Source: Antedon mediterranea (Eukaryota > Animalia > Echinodermata). Taken from it: DNA of 64,000 bases. A model generated the notes under the pieces. It did no database searches. It had not been told where the DNA came from and saw nothing but the letters and a program-made list of their open reading frames with translations. Every line of letters starts with the position of its first letter. Within the stretch, counting starts at the first letter, position 1. The translations under genes and the position numbers were made by a program. Shown piece by piece: positions 51,747-64,000 of the stretch. Where the stretch lies: contig NC_092671.1 of NCBI RefSeq assembly GCF_964355755.1, positions 35,474,304 to 35,538,303 of the forward strand. Reading direction: 5' to 3'.

Positions 51747-52397
51747 ACAAGCTCTTTCAATAAATAAATTATTAAAATATTAATCTAAATATAAATAATA
51801 ATAATAATAATTCCTTCCAGACGTTTTGTTGTTTTAAATAATGAACCTAGCTAGTTGTACATAAAATGTTTAATGTATATTTAATGATTAATTTACTATG
51901 ATTTTGTAAATGACATTAACTTGTTTACAATTATCAATAATTACATGTTTTGCTTTTAAATATTCTCAATGACATTTATTTACTATGTGCCTTTAAAAGT
52001 GAAATATTTATTTGCTAGTGAGCGAAAAACACAAACTATGGACCTATTAAGATCTTCTTTAATGATATAAATTGTATATAAATGATAATAATAATATTGA
52101 TCGCATTATACATTGCATTCTTTATATCCAATACAACTGGAGCACTGAAGTAAATAGGTCCTGTATTATGTACCACCTTATCAATATATGTTTTCCTTTT
52201 GCTTTAAATAAAAATGGACATAAGCACATTGTATCTGTAGTGTTTTTTTTCATACAACATAGCTGTATCTTTAATAAAACTTTAGAACCTACATTTAAAT
52301 AAATTTCAATGGTCTTTCTGGCAGGTTAAATGAAGCATATGACGGTGCTACTTCTATGTGTAAATACATATTACGTGAATTTTGCACGTGTCTTGCA

Positions 52398-52594
52398 CAG
52401 TGGCGTAACGCAGAGGCCTGACGCCTCTGGTTTAGGAACTGAGGAGACCCTTCCAACGCTGGAGGCCTCTGGCGTTTTATACTTTTCGGCATATTTTAAT
52501 TCCTGTTTTTTCCTCTGGGCACTGCTCATCCCCCATAAGCTCCGGGGCCCCTGGGTTTAGCCAGCAGTGAGCGCTCATAGCCGTTACGCCACTG
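52398..52594. mobile_element. hAT-type MITE
   Basis: TIR CAGTGGCGTAACG / CGTTACGCCACTG with 8-bp TSD GTCTTGCA / GTCTTGTA. Confidence 0.85.
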
Positions 52595-55027
52595 GTCTTG
52601 TACACCCGCGGCGCACAAGCATTTGGTGCGACACTTATTCAACTGCAGAGCTCAATTAACTTATCTGTTAGGCCTATATACTCTATGAGTTCTTCTCAGG
52701 CGCGTTAACGGTCTTAAATTGACCATCTTTATAATTTAAAGTATGGACGATTGAAGATATAACTCATTGACATTTACTTGTTAGACACGCCTACCCGTCT
52801 TCGACCATCAACTTATAAGTCGGCTTGGCAGGCATGGAATGTCATATCACAAATCCCATTGGATGGAGATATTACGTAGCATTTATGATTGACAGGTCGA
52901 GTACATTCCGTAGACGCTATACTGTATAAACTCACATTAATAGTAGTCTGCTGTCCAACAACATTCGATTCCAGGTAATAGACGACTCAATCGACACAAA
53001 CGTAAGTAAGCCCAAAGATAGTGTAGTAGACATAAGTACAACATGAAATTGATAGGCGTATACGTATGTATTTTGCTTAGCACGGTATCAATTATCTATT
53101 TATGTATCATGTAATCTATCATGCCCTGTCAATATATTGGTTGTTTAAGACCAATAACACAGTAGAATCATAATCGTAATTTTAAGTAGTTATGGAGTCA
53201 TACAAATTATTTTTGTATACAGGTAAAAACATTTTTTCCCCCCACAAACTATCACGTATGATTCAACACTCTTTGCGATGAAAGGGAGAGAGCATTTTTA
53301 ATTATATTCAATATATATTCTGTATACCAATAAACACAATTAGAATTGTAATTTTTAGCAGACAATTATGGTAAAATACACCAATTATTTTTGTATACAG
53401 GTCAAAATAAAAAAAAAAACTTCACAAACTATTACAAATGATTCAAAATTCTTTGCGATGGAAGGAAGGCAGAAATTCTCTAATTACCTTCTTAATTTGG
53501 TTTTAGTTGTTTTATTGTCTAATATAGTTTTACAAATAATAACTATTCATTTGATTCTAGGATGTAGAGCCCTTATAATCATCAATAAAAAGTATATTTA
53601 ATTTTACAATAGAAGTGTTACGCAAAGAGTTAAACGTAGTATTTGTGAATTGCCCTTGTTATAATATTTGGTATTAAGCTATATTATAATGTAATTGTAT
53701 AGTATGTGTAGTTCAAATTACCAATATAATAATGGTCCGAAAATGATTTGTATTAAATTAATAATGCATACAGAACTACGAGGGAGGTAAAACAACCGTT
53801 GCAGATAATAACAACTGATCTCTTAGTTGAATTGATAATTGAGGCATATCATACACGTCTTTGATGACAATGATTGTCAAAGCAGATGGTTAAAGATGAT
53901 GTTTAAAGAAGCAATATTTTTTTAATAATTGGGGTGGTATTAAGTTCATGCTTTGGTTGTCTTTAATGTCAAACAGTCATAATAAATAGAACCAGTCAAA
54001 ACAAGCAGGTGGAACCTGACATTATTGATATCATAATACTGCGCATGCGTAGGTAGATTATGTGAAATATTTTTAGGCATTAGCTTGTTACAAAAACATA
54101 CAAAAACGAAAGCGATGCCTTTTGATTCAGGATTCCAATTATTACCCAAACGCATCAATTGTAATCAAAGCTAATTTAAATGCGACCATTTCTGATACAA
54201 ATACGGATATTTGTCAAATTCATTTCAATGTTTTTCAGCCCCTTTTCTTTACACACGTATATGCATAATATCAAACTTTCAACCAATCAGCATCAAGGGT
54301 TGATCCTCCGGAAGGTTCGAGTGACTGAAATGGAAAGTTAATTTATTATTTCAAACAAAAAAAGAGTGTTTTGTAGTTAGAACGTCTATTTCTTCTCTTT
54401 ATTGTAAACTACTATTATTATAGGCCTAATAGGAGGAAGATTCTATAATGTAATCTCTTCGTAGGGCCCTCGTAGGGGTACTGCGCAAATGGCATGTGAA
54501 TATTAAACGACATCACTTGAAGAAATATTGTCAAGCGGGGAGCGCCTTATCGTTCGTACAATAAATGAACGTTATTGAAAAAGAGCTGTTTACAAATTAA
54601 TCAAACATTTAAATTACTCTGTAACAGATATCAAATAACAATAATTATTATATGAAGAAATCACACTGACAATGTGATGGTGTACAGCAGGATCGACAGA
54701 TGTGATGACACCCGTAGATAGCTAACGTTTAAGTTGTGATTTTAGTTTACCTGTAATGGAAATAAGTGTCCATCCACTCAGCTGACAGTCAACACTAGAA
54801 ATAGACATGGTATAAATAACAATGAGTGGAAGGCAGAAAGTTCGGTGAATAGGCATACCTATTAAGACAATCAACATATGGACCAAATATCGCAAGGTGA
54901 TCATCAGGAGTCGCCATGCTATTTTTAGCCAATAAGATTGTTTAATCCATTGATAACCATTCATCGTATTGGTATAAAGTTTGAGTTTCTCGACGTTTCG
55001 ATCGGAATAGGACTTTCTGCATTCTCA

Positions 55028-55068
55028 TTCCTGAGGACGATCAAAGCATATTGATCGAAACGTCGAGA
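55028..55068 (+). ncRNA. Minimal type I hammerhead ribozyme motif within an inverted-repeat Penelope-like remnant (54981-55170)
   Basis: CTGAGGA-C-GATCAA-agcata-TTGATC-GAAAC-GTC; 54981-55003 is the reverse complement of 55053-55075. Confidence 0.65.
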
Positions 55069-55203
55069 AACTCAACAGTTCTTTTCAGAACTAATAGGCC
55101 TATACGTGGTGTACCGCATAGGTCTACGTTATATCAACATTTGATTTCACCATGCAAACCTTCAAACAATACATTCATCGTATGTTTACATTCTTATAGA
55201 AGT

Positions 55204-58200
55204 ATGACGTCATTAAAGTTGGTTATGGTTGTCTTGTGTTTGGCGGGAGTTTTGAATGCTGGGTTTGCGTTAGACGGTCTTGACATTGCTGCCTTCAACG
55301 TTCAAACATTCGGAAAAGGTACAATGAGGAAGCCAGATGTAGTAGATGTACTGGTAAAGGTAAGTTAGATTTATTTACTTATGTGAGATATAAATAACGA
55401 CTATCTATTCGCTAATTGCGGGATGCGAAACGAAGTTTTGACCAATTACAAGTTCAGATTATCCATGGCTTGGTGACAGGTCGAATTACTTGGCGTTGCG
55501 TCCTAAGTGGGAACCAAGCTAATTCGTGGTGGGAGTTTTCATTACAATTTTTGAGATTTGTCCTTTTTTTTAGGTAATGATAGCAATTATAGTACCATCT
55601 GTTTCATTTGCTTTGAGCTGTTTTCTTCGTATCGCTATATGCACATGTGGAAACCACCGCCCGACCTTTTTTTAAAGCTTGGTTCCCACTTGGATACAAC
55701 GCAATGACGTAGACGCAACGCAAGCGAGTTTACCAATGACAAGCGACAGTTCAAATAGTCTATCGTTTGTGATTGGTCAAATATATTATGCGTCCCACAC
55801 TGAACTACAATTAGTGTACTAAACTTGCTAAAAGTAACTGCACTATTATTCCTTTTTTAGATCATCAACCGGTATGACGTCATTTTGTTACAAGAAATCA
55901 GAGACCTATCAGGACAAGCAATTGAACAATTACTTGAGGAAGTTAATGAGTAAGAATCGATTAATAGATACACACACACAGGGACGAACTAATTGTATTA
56001 CCGCTAAATATATAATATAACCCACATAATATGTGCACTGGCTTATTATTATAGTTTGCCAATAAAATAGGCCTACTTGCTTTGTTTGTTTTTTTAGAAT
56101 GATAGCGCCTAAATTTTTCAAATTATTATTTTGAATTTTTCGGCGTAAATTGGTATATACTTACAAACCATGCCTATTAAAATTCAATAAAATCGGTTTA
56201 TTAATAACTTCACAAATAAAAGAAAGAAAAATTTGTATTTTTTTAACATTGGCCGAAATATCAACTTGCGCCCTCTGTGGCAATATTTTGCCAAGTACTT
56301 CACTCAGTTTCTGAGCCCTTTCATTACTATGTTTTTCATAGAGATGCTGACGATCCATATGACTACATTATTAGCTCACGAGTTGGTCACACAACATCAA
56401 AGGAGCAGTATGCGTTTCTGTACAGGTAACTTATTCTTTAATTATTCAAATGTATTCAATAAAGCTTCAAGAAATTAAGAGAAAAGAAAGAAAAATAATA
56501 CACTCAATATATATATATATATAAAAATACTACCTCCTATTTTGTTTTTGCAGGTCAGATGAGGTTGAAGTAATAGACAGTTACGAGTATGACGATGGAG
56601 ATGAATCGATTGGAGTTGACTTATTCGAAAGGGAACCATTTATTGTTCGTTTCCACTGCGATGAGACACGTAAGTAAATCAATTAAAGATGTCCCAAAAA
56701 CATGAAAAATGAAGATTAATAAAATCAGATTTTGACTAGGCTATTCTGTAGGTTTAAAAAAAACAGTAATCAATTCTTATAAAAAGACAAACAAATGGTT
56801 AAATTCAATCAAAAACACATTGGCTGGCAGCCAATTTGACTATTTTTTTTTAAAACTACAGTTTCTTTCAAGCAAAATAAACCAATTTTTGGTCAAAGTG
56901 GATAAAATGGCATATTAAAAAAATAAAATTGGAACAATTATTTTTTCAGGGGGACAATATATCTTTAAAAGTAAATTTTCAATTATTTACTTGTAAGCAT
57001 TGTTAATAAAATATTAATTAGTCCTATTTTTTAAAATTAGTATTTCTCCATAAAAATATATTTGACTTTAATGTCATCTATTTTGGAAGTGTTCAAGATA
57101 CATTTATATATTATGAAATGATATTATGATCTACGCACACCCAAAAATCAGAATATTAAAGAAATTTTAGATTTCTCCAAACAATAAGTGGTAATGTTTA
57201 TTTTCCAATAGTTGTAAAGGATTTCGTCATTGTCGGTATTCATACGAAACCAGCCAACGCTGTCAATGAAATCGATCGTCTTGTCGATGTTTACGACGAT
57301 ATCGTAGACCGATGGGAAATTGACGTGAGTAGTACCAATACTTTACAATTTATTATTATTTAATTGTTAGCTAATTTGTTCAAGAGATTAAATTTATTTT
57401 CCAAATTGCAAAAATTATTTGATGAAATAAATTGTTAAAATAAAGCAAAAATGGAGGGAAAACCCCAAAAGAGCAAAGCTCGTTTTTATGGCTACCGTTT
57501 ACATATAAAACGGACAATGACATTAAAAACATGACAACGACAGGACTATGCATAAACAAATCAGACAATTTCTTACACAAGGCAAATATAGGCTAACTTA
57601 TTGGTAAAATAAGAAGGTAACGCACATTATAGATGTTTGTATAGGCCTATATATGATAAAACACAGAATTGTAACTTAAGTTCGAAACATTTAGCTAATG
57701 ACCAATAATTATATTTTAATACATTAATTATATTACTGCATTTATTATATGAATATAGGAGGTTTTGTTTGCTGGCGACATGAACGCCGATTGTAATTAC
57801 GTACCAGCAAGTAGCTGGCCTACAATTCGTCTTCGTAGTGACGACAGGTTTGAATGGCTGATAGACGACGGCGTAGATACGACAACGGGTAGCACAGATT
57901 GTGCGTATGACAGGTATGGTGAATATACTAGGCCTAAAGCTCTGTCCACACTATCACTATGTGACAACAAAATGTGCCCATATATGGACATGATAATGTC
58001 ATATCACTACATATTTGGTCATATCACTACCATATTTTGGCACATCACACTTTTTTTGTCAAACTAGTTTTATAGTGTGGACAGAGCTTAATGTAGGGCG
58101 TTGATAGAGGCACTATGAATATCGTTCCATGATTATTGGAGTGAGTATGTATGTATATGTATGAGTAATTGTTTATACCTTCTTCAGATTTGTAACGGCC

Positions 58201-58897
58201 GGTGACGAACTCGACAATGGCATTCGAGAAGGTAGCGTTAAAGTGTTTGATTATGACGAGGCCTATAATCTGAGCGATGATCTGGTATGTATACCACAAC
58301 ATAGGCCCTATTCTCAATTATAGGCTACTCCGTTGTTAGTAGCCTACTAATGTCACGGAGTCGGCAAAGCGTCCCCCAGGTTTAAGATTGATTCACAGAA
58401 TGCAACGCAAGCGAATTGACCAATCACAAGGAACGGTTCAAATAATCCATCGCTTGGATTGGTTAATTCGCTTACGTTACGGCTTACGTCTTTCCGTTGC
58501 GTTCTATTGGGCGAGAACCAAGCTTTACGCGAAAATTAGTCCAATTTCAAATGTCTACCGTACTTCAACATAACGCCTTCATAATATTTTGTTTAAATGT
58601 TTTGTTTTAAATAGATGGATGATGTCAGCGACCATTTTCCAATTGAGTTGGAGCTTCTTCCTGATCCAAAGTAGGAATACTATATATAACTCACTCTCAC
58701 AACAATAACAACATTTATTTATGGAACATTTTGTCTAATTAAGTATTATTTCAATTCCCATCTAATGCATGCATGCACAATATTGGTATATGAATCAAAT
58801 ACCAATATAACCTTTCTACCCAATCTCACTCCTTTTCTCTGTCTTTAAGCTTTTTTCTTTCTTTCCTTTGTTTAGATATCCTAATGACGAGTTATAA
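55204..58897 (+). CDS. DNASE1: Deoxyribonuclease I family protein with signal peptide, ~295 aa
   Basis: Exons 55204-55359 (signal peptide, IAAFNVQTFG), 55861-55949 (RYDVILLQEIRD), 56342-56425 (KEQYAFLYR), 56554-56669 (FEREPFIVRF), 57212-57324 (IHTKP..EIDRLVDVY), 57759-57913 (GDMNADC..DTTT..CAYDR), 58188-58284, 58615-58670 (VSDHFPIE), 58876-58897 (YPNDEL*). An alternative stop lies at 58674 if the last intron is retained. Family is certain, orthology to a specific DNASE1/DNASE1L paralog is not. Confidence 0.93.
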
Positions 58898-59945
58898 AAC
58901 AGAAGCAAAGCAATTCCCAGAGAGTCCAGATCCACAGTAGGTTTTTATTTCATACCAGCCATAGTGTAAACGACACACCATCTTTCATCATTTAAGTGTG
59001 TACATCTGTATTTATCTACAGTATTTATATTTTCTTAAGCTCTGTGTACACTATCAAACTAGTTTGATGTGCCCAAATATGGTAGTGATATTCCCAAATA
59101 TGGTAATGATATGACATCATCATGTTCATATATGGGCACATGGGTCTCAAGACAAACTGTACTTTGCATCACTACTACAGGTATAAAGAATTAATTAAAT
59201 CAAAGGCTACTATAAAAAGGCTATTTCCCTGTTCTGTATTCCCTTTATTAGGCCTATAGAATATGTAGATAGGCCTACCTATTGGGGAGGATACAATGTG
59301 TTGATTTATACAGCTTTAATTCCACGAATTAAACATGCAACCCTAACAAAATTGAAAAAACATAGTTTTAAAACTTACGAATTAGTTAGCCATTGTATAG
59401 CCTAAGTTCAGGACATACCTTTTGGGTACTGGGTAACGTACAGCTTCTGATCTTCACATGGTGTTTGTGTATCTTCTACATCTATTTACGACGCTTGTAC
59501 AAAACAAATTCGATTAAGAATAAAGGTACTACGATTTTAATACACGCCATTTGTCATAGTTCCAACAAAATTACAACGCTTTTTGAGATAATCGTACAGA
59601 CCTACTCAGTGTAACCTCACACCATTATTCAATAGTGCGCATCCCCCGCGCACTAAGAGAGTTTATTCAAATATAATTATTTTTTTTATACTGCTTATTT
59701 TTCATTTCGTTGTAGTATTAAATTATAAATAAAAAATAACCGCTCTAGGCTAAAATAAATATTTGTTTATATTTTCCATACATATCGTTTCTTTATTGTT
59801 TTAGTAAAATATCTTTTAAAAAGAAAAATGTTAATTAGGCTACGTTATTATGTAAAGTACTTCAACATTTCTGAAATAAATTAGTTAGGACGAGGACATA
59901 ACAATTCCAACACGGTTGTCTCATTAACGTTAAATATGTAGCTAA

Positions 59946-60124
59946 AGCGTGGTTCCCACTAGCGACGCAACGCAAGGACGTAAAGCAACGCAAGTGAATT
60001 GACCAATCACAAGCGATGGCTTATTCGCTTGTGATTGCAAACTGTCTATAACTTCGCTTGTCATTGGTTAAAACGCTTGCGTTGCGTTTACGTCCTTGCG
60101 TTACGTTCTAGTGGGAACCAAGCT
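59946..60124. mobile_element. Second Harbinger-type MITE
   Basis: TIR AGCGTGGTTCCCACTAG..ACGCAAGGACGTAAA / reverse complement, flanked by TAA/TTA; partial copies at ~55410-55520, 55676-55790, 58385-58525. Confidence 0.8.
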
Positions 60125-60506
60125 TTATACTGCAGCTTAAACTGCGATTATTTTGGGAGAGATTTTGAATTTTCCATTTTTAAAAAAATTTATAATTAGA
60201 GGTTTGCAATATTATTATACCTTCACTTGAAGGTGAGTTTGAGATATGTTTGCACATTGTTTTTTTTATAATGCATTACAACAAATAAACTTTTATTTAG
60301 ATTTACGTCTATGTTGTGTGTTTCTTCAGGAGTTGCCGTAAGTAATGTACGAAGAAAACTCTAAAACCTTATCTACACTATCAAACTTCATGTGACAAAA
60401 AATGTGATGTGCTCATATATTGACATGATGATGTCATATCACTACCGTATTTTTTAAATGTGATGTGCCCATATATGGACATGATGATGTCATATCACTA
60501 CCGTAT

Positions 60507-60838
60507 TTTTACTCAGGGTACCCGAGTCTAGGACTCTCTCATCTTCTCCTCTTCCATCCGACACTATTACGGTAAAAAGTGCGATTTATAAAGTACTACT
60601 CCTCCCTTAGTCGTTGTAGTATTGAGCTGGGATTTGGCATGAAAATACTACAGGGCCGGGACATGTCCTCGGATTTTTTATTTTCAAACAGGATGCAGCC
60701 ATATGACGTCTCGAAGATGGTACCGTATAAACTATTTGGTAGCGAGGTTATTGATGTGCATGTGACGTCACATCCCGTCTTATGACGTCATTACAGCTTC
60801 TTTCTGTACCCCGAGTATCGCACATTCGTGCTTGTTTT
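60507..60838 (+). mobile_element. Helentron-associated / DINE-like non-autonomous element nested in a MITE
   Basis: Subterminal inverted repeats actcagggtac / gtaccccgagt, 3' hairpin gcacattcgtgc, T-run flanks; it interrupts the Harbinger MITE at 60365-60903. Confidence 0.6.
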
Positions 60839-62047
60839 GGGAATAACACTACCATATTTGGGCACATCACACTTTTTTGTCAAACTAGTTTGATAGTGTA
60901 GACTTGTTTGGTTGTTGTCAACTCCCGCCCTAATTTCACCCAAACTGTTTTATTGCAATACTTATAAAATGATGTCAATAATTGCAACATGCAATAACAC
61001 TGAATATACTGTATGCATTTCGTTTACAATTTAGGTTGATTTGTTCACGTTATTAATACAATGACCATTTGACGTTTGCTACGTATGGCGCCTCATACAA
61101 GTATACGTTTTGCAGCGTATGGCGCCCCATACATTAAGGCTTTTTAATACCTCTTTTCATGAGTCAGTGTTATGCTGGTAAGTAAAATAACGCTATATAG
61201 TATAAAAAACAAGTGACAACTTTAATTACAGTCTATGTACATTTATTTTTTCTCTTTATATTCATAAGACAAATCTGTACACAATTACCAGACAATGGGA
61301 TACTTCATCTAATCTAAATATAATATAAGGGGGGGGGGGGGGGGTGTACTATTAAAAAATACATTGATATGTATATACGAAAATTACCTTTGTATGACCA
61401 GCAGGTAATATGTTTTTGTTTATATATTTTACATTAAATGTGATTTAGATGGCTATTTACAAGCAGCATAGGAACAGTATAAATATAAAAATGCAATGAC
61501 AGTTAATATAGATTTTTTCTAATTTTTACTTTAAATGTTGGTTTACTAAACAAAAAAACCCGTATATAAATAGTATACAAATACGGTACATCACCATTAA
61601 CCAAAAACGTTTCCATCAAATTGGCATAATTGAGTCACATGTACAGTATTCAAACAAATATTAACTATCATTTTTATTTACATTAGATATTTATAAAGTT
61701 GAACTTTGAAACCAAATTGATTTGATAATTTGATTATATTGAGTATTTTTAAAACTAGTAACAATAAAAAAGGTAAAATATATACCAAGATTTCATTTAA
61801 AAAACTACATATAGGTTTGTTGATAAAAAACAACACCAATTGTATCACGATGTAATATAGATTTTGAACATATTAGTGTTACAAGTACTTGAATCTACAC
61901 TTATTACCAAATGGCTTATGCATATTGTTAATACATTACCATAATATCAGATATCCACGAACATAAACTTTTATAAGCGTCTATATACAGCTTAAGATTA
62001 AGAAACCTTTACAAGGTTGGTTTAAATAATAAAATAAAAAAAAACAT

Positions 62048-63618
62048 TTACTTTTTAGCAAAACTTTCAACGAGCCTGGCACGCATGTCCGCCGCAAGCT
62101 GGCTCATCTCTTCAATTTTCTTTCGTAGTCTCTCATTCTCGGTCACCAAAAATTCAGCTTTCTTTTCCATGTCTTTCTCTTTGTGCTTGCGATTCTGCCG
62201 GCTTCGTTTAGACGCTACGTTGTTTTTGTCGCGTCTCTTGCGGTATTTAAAGTAGTTGCTATCGTCCTCATCCTCTTCATCTGAATTTGATGATGTCGAT
62301 GAAAGAGGCCGTTTACGGCTAACTTTCTGTTGTTGCGTAGTCGAGGGGATGCTGATATCTGGTACAATAGAGGAGCTGGCCTCGGTACCAGAATCAATAT
62401 TCGTTGTTATTGGTAAATCGTTTTCTATCTCTTCTGCGGTTTCGTTTGATACAGTCTGTGCAAAAGTTGGACTAACCTCCTCCTGTGAAGTATAATAAAT
62501 TAAACAATTAGTTTTTAAAGTGGATTAAAACAAATAATTAATAAAACATCTTATAAAAAAACAAAAAAAAACATATATATATATAAAAAAAGATATACCA
62601 TTCATGTTAATTTCATCTTTAGAAAGTAAGTTCCTTCTAAAGAACTTCTATTTATATCCATTAATAATTCATTTATTCCCATTACATACTATTGTGCAAT
62701 ATTACTTGACCTTTGACCAGGGTTGCATCACCCACACCTTTTGTTTGTATACAGAACTATCAGTGTATTCAATTTACATAGTACTGTATTTGCAATGATT
62801 GTGCAATAATTCTATGCCAGAATAAGCAACCAATTGGAAAGCACTATAACAATTACATCATTTCCTAAGCCACTTATTGGTTAAATAGGTTGATATAAAT
62901 GCATGAACATGAATACAGTGGAATATTAATATCCTTATATGGAAATATAGATCCTTATATGGAAATACAAACTTCTAATCCAGGGTAACAGACAGAAAAT
63001 CCAGGTAAATTACTATATTTCTTTTTTTGATTAATAGGAAAATTGTTAAAACTCTTAGATAGGTCATTATTTAAAAAAAAACTTACATTAGTGAGTGAAT
63101 TGAGCAGGTTTGATAGGTCCATATAGGAGTCAAAGAAATGTTCCACACCATTGATAGGCTCTGCTGGGCTAAGCTCAACCTCGCTGACATACGCGGACGA
63201 GTTCTCAAGGTTTTCGTCCACTTTGTTTGGGAGATCAAAGGCAAAATCTGCTGGGTTTAGCTCAAGCAGGCCCTCAAGTTCTGGAAACAGTTCATTGATG
63301 TCCTCACTAGTTGCAGGAGGGTAGTCCGACTCTGCCAGACTGTCAGCTAGGCCGCAGGTAGACAGGTCGGGATCATCTGTTAATGGTTATAACAAACACT
63401 GATTTAGACATACATATTAAAGAACAAGTATTCATGTACCAGTTACAAATTTGTGTTTTTAAAGTGTATTATAAACATGACAGTTAAATTTATAATGTAG
63501 AATCTTGGAAATGAGTAGGAATCTTACCTGGGTTAAATACTACACTGTGTGGCAGAACAGATCGTTCCGCACAATCCGTTGCCTTCACCCAATCCGCGAC
63601 GTCTATTGAGGAGATCAT
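62048..63618 (-). CDS. bZIP transcription factor of the C/EBP-PAR class (ApAF/Xrp1-like), ~271 aa from the first in-frame AUG
   Basis: Exons 63528-63618 (exon begins at 63824), 63087-63376 (acidic, DINELFPEL, FFDSYMDLSNLL), 62048-62482 (KYRKRRDKNNVASKRSRQNRKHKEKDMEKKAEFLVTENERLRKKIEEMSQLAADMRARLV). Has the invariant N-x7-R basic region plus heptad repeat. The start codon is uncertain. Confidence 0.85.
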
Positions 63619-64000
63619 TTCCTCCAGGCGCCGGGAGAGGGCTAGGCTTTCGATCTGTGATTGCCCCACAGCATTGTTCGATAATAGCTTCTGACATTGC
63701 TTTACTGAAATACATTTTGACGTAATAGAAATAGTTTCAGTACTCTCAACCTCCGTGGTAAATGTAAGTTGCTGTTGTTGGCGAGAAACAACCGACACTT
63801 TGTTGTTCTCTGCGGGCTATAGGCCTGTAAAATAAAAAAGGTTAAGAATATTAAGTCTCATCCTCTGACAATGGTTTTATTAACTGTTATACCTACACTC
63901 AGTAGCCTACAGTACCTAACATACTACAGTAGGAACGGGATATGACCGGTTGGGCCGCCGACAAGTTGATTCGCCGGTGATTTCTATGAAACGCCCAATA

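Noticed and set aside
54722-54975. Coding-like minus-strand segment ending in a donor-like AG|GTAAAC
   Set aside because: The best-looking frame has several stops and I recognise no homolog; it may be a decayed exon but cannot be supported without a search.

Overview
AT-rich, intron-rich eukaryotic DNA from an invertebrate animal. The repeat landscape (Deu/Nin-type SINEs, Penelope-type hammerhead remnants, foldback element) suggests an echinoderm-like marine deuterostome; this is an inference. Hand-splicing with GT-AG boundaries and consistent exon phases gives seven genes: PIP5K1 (minus, 3' end beyond the window), two tandem unrecognised paralogs on the plus strand (23.9-32.9 kb), a GhrA-like D-2-hydroxyacid dehydrogenase (minus) head-to-head with SPAG16/PF20 (plus), a DNase I-family gene (plus), and a C/EBP-PAR-class bZIP factor (minus). 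The most novel signal is the paralog pair. Both encode disordered proteins with an N-terminal Cys cluster (likely lipid anchor) and repeated exon-encoded modules of an NIYDVP-type tyrosine motif followed by a polybasic SIFKKLTLRR motif, suggesting an undescribed membrane-anchored phosphotyrosine adaptor family. Other notable items are a U12-type minor intron in SPAG16 that hosts a 2-kb foldback transposon, a DNase I with a spliced-on C-terminal NDEL, an ATF4-like overlapping uORF in the bZIP gene, minimal hammerhead ribozymes, and many MITEs and SINEs. Coordinates were read by eye and may be off by a few bases.
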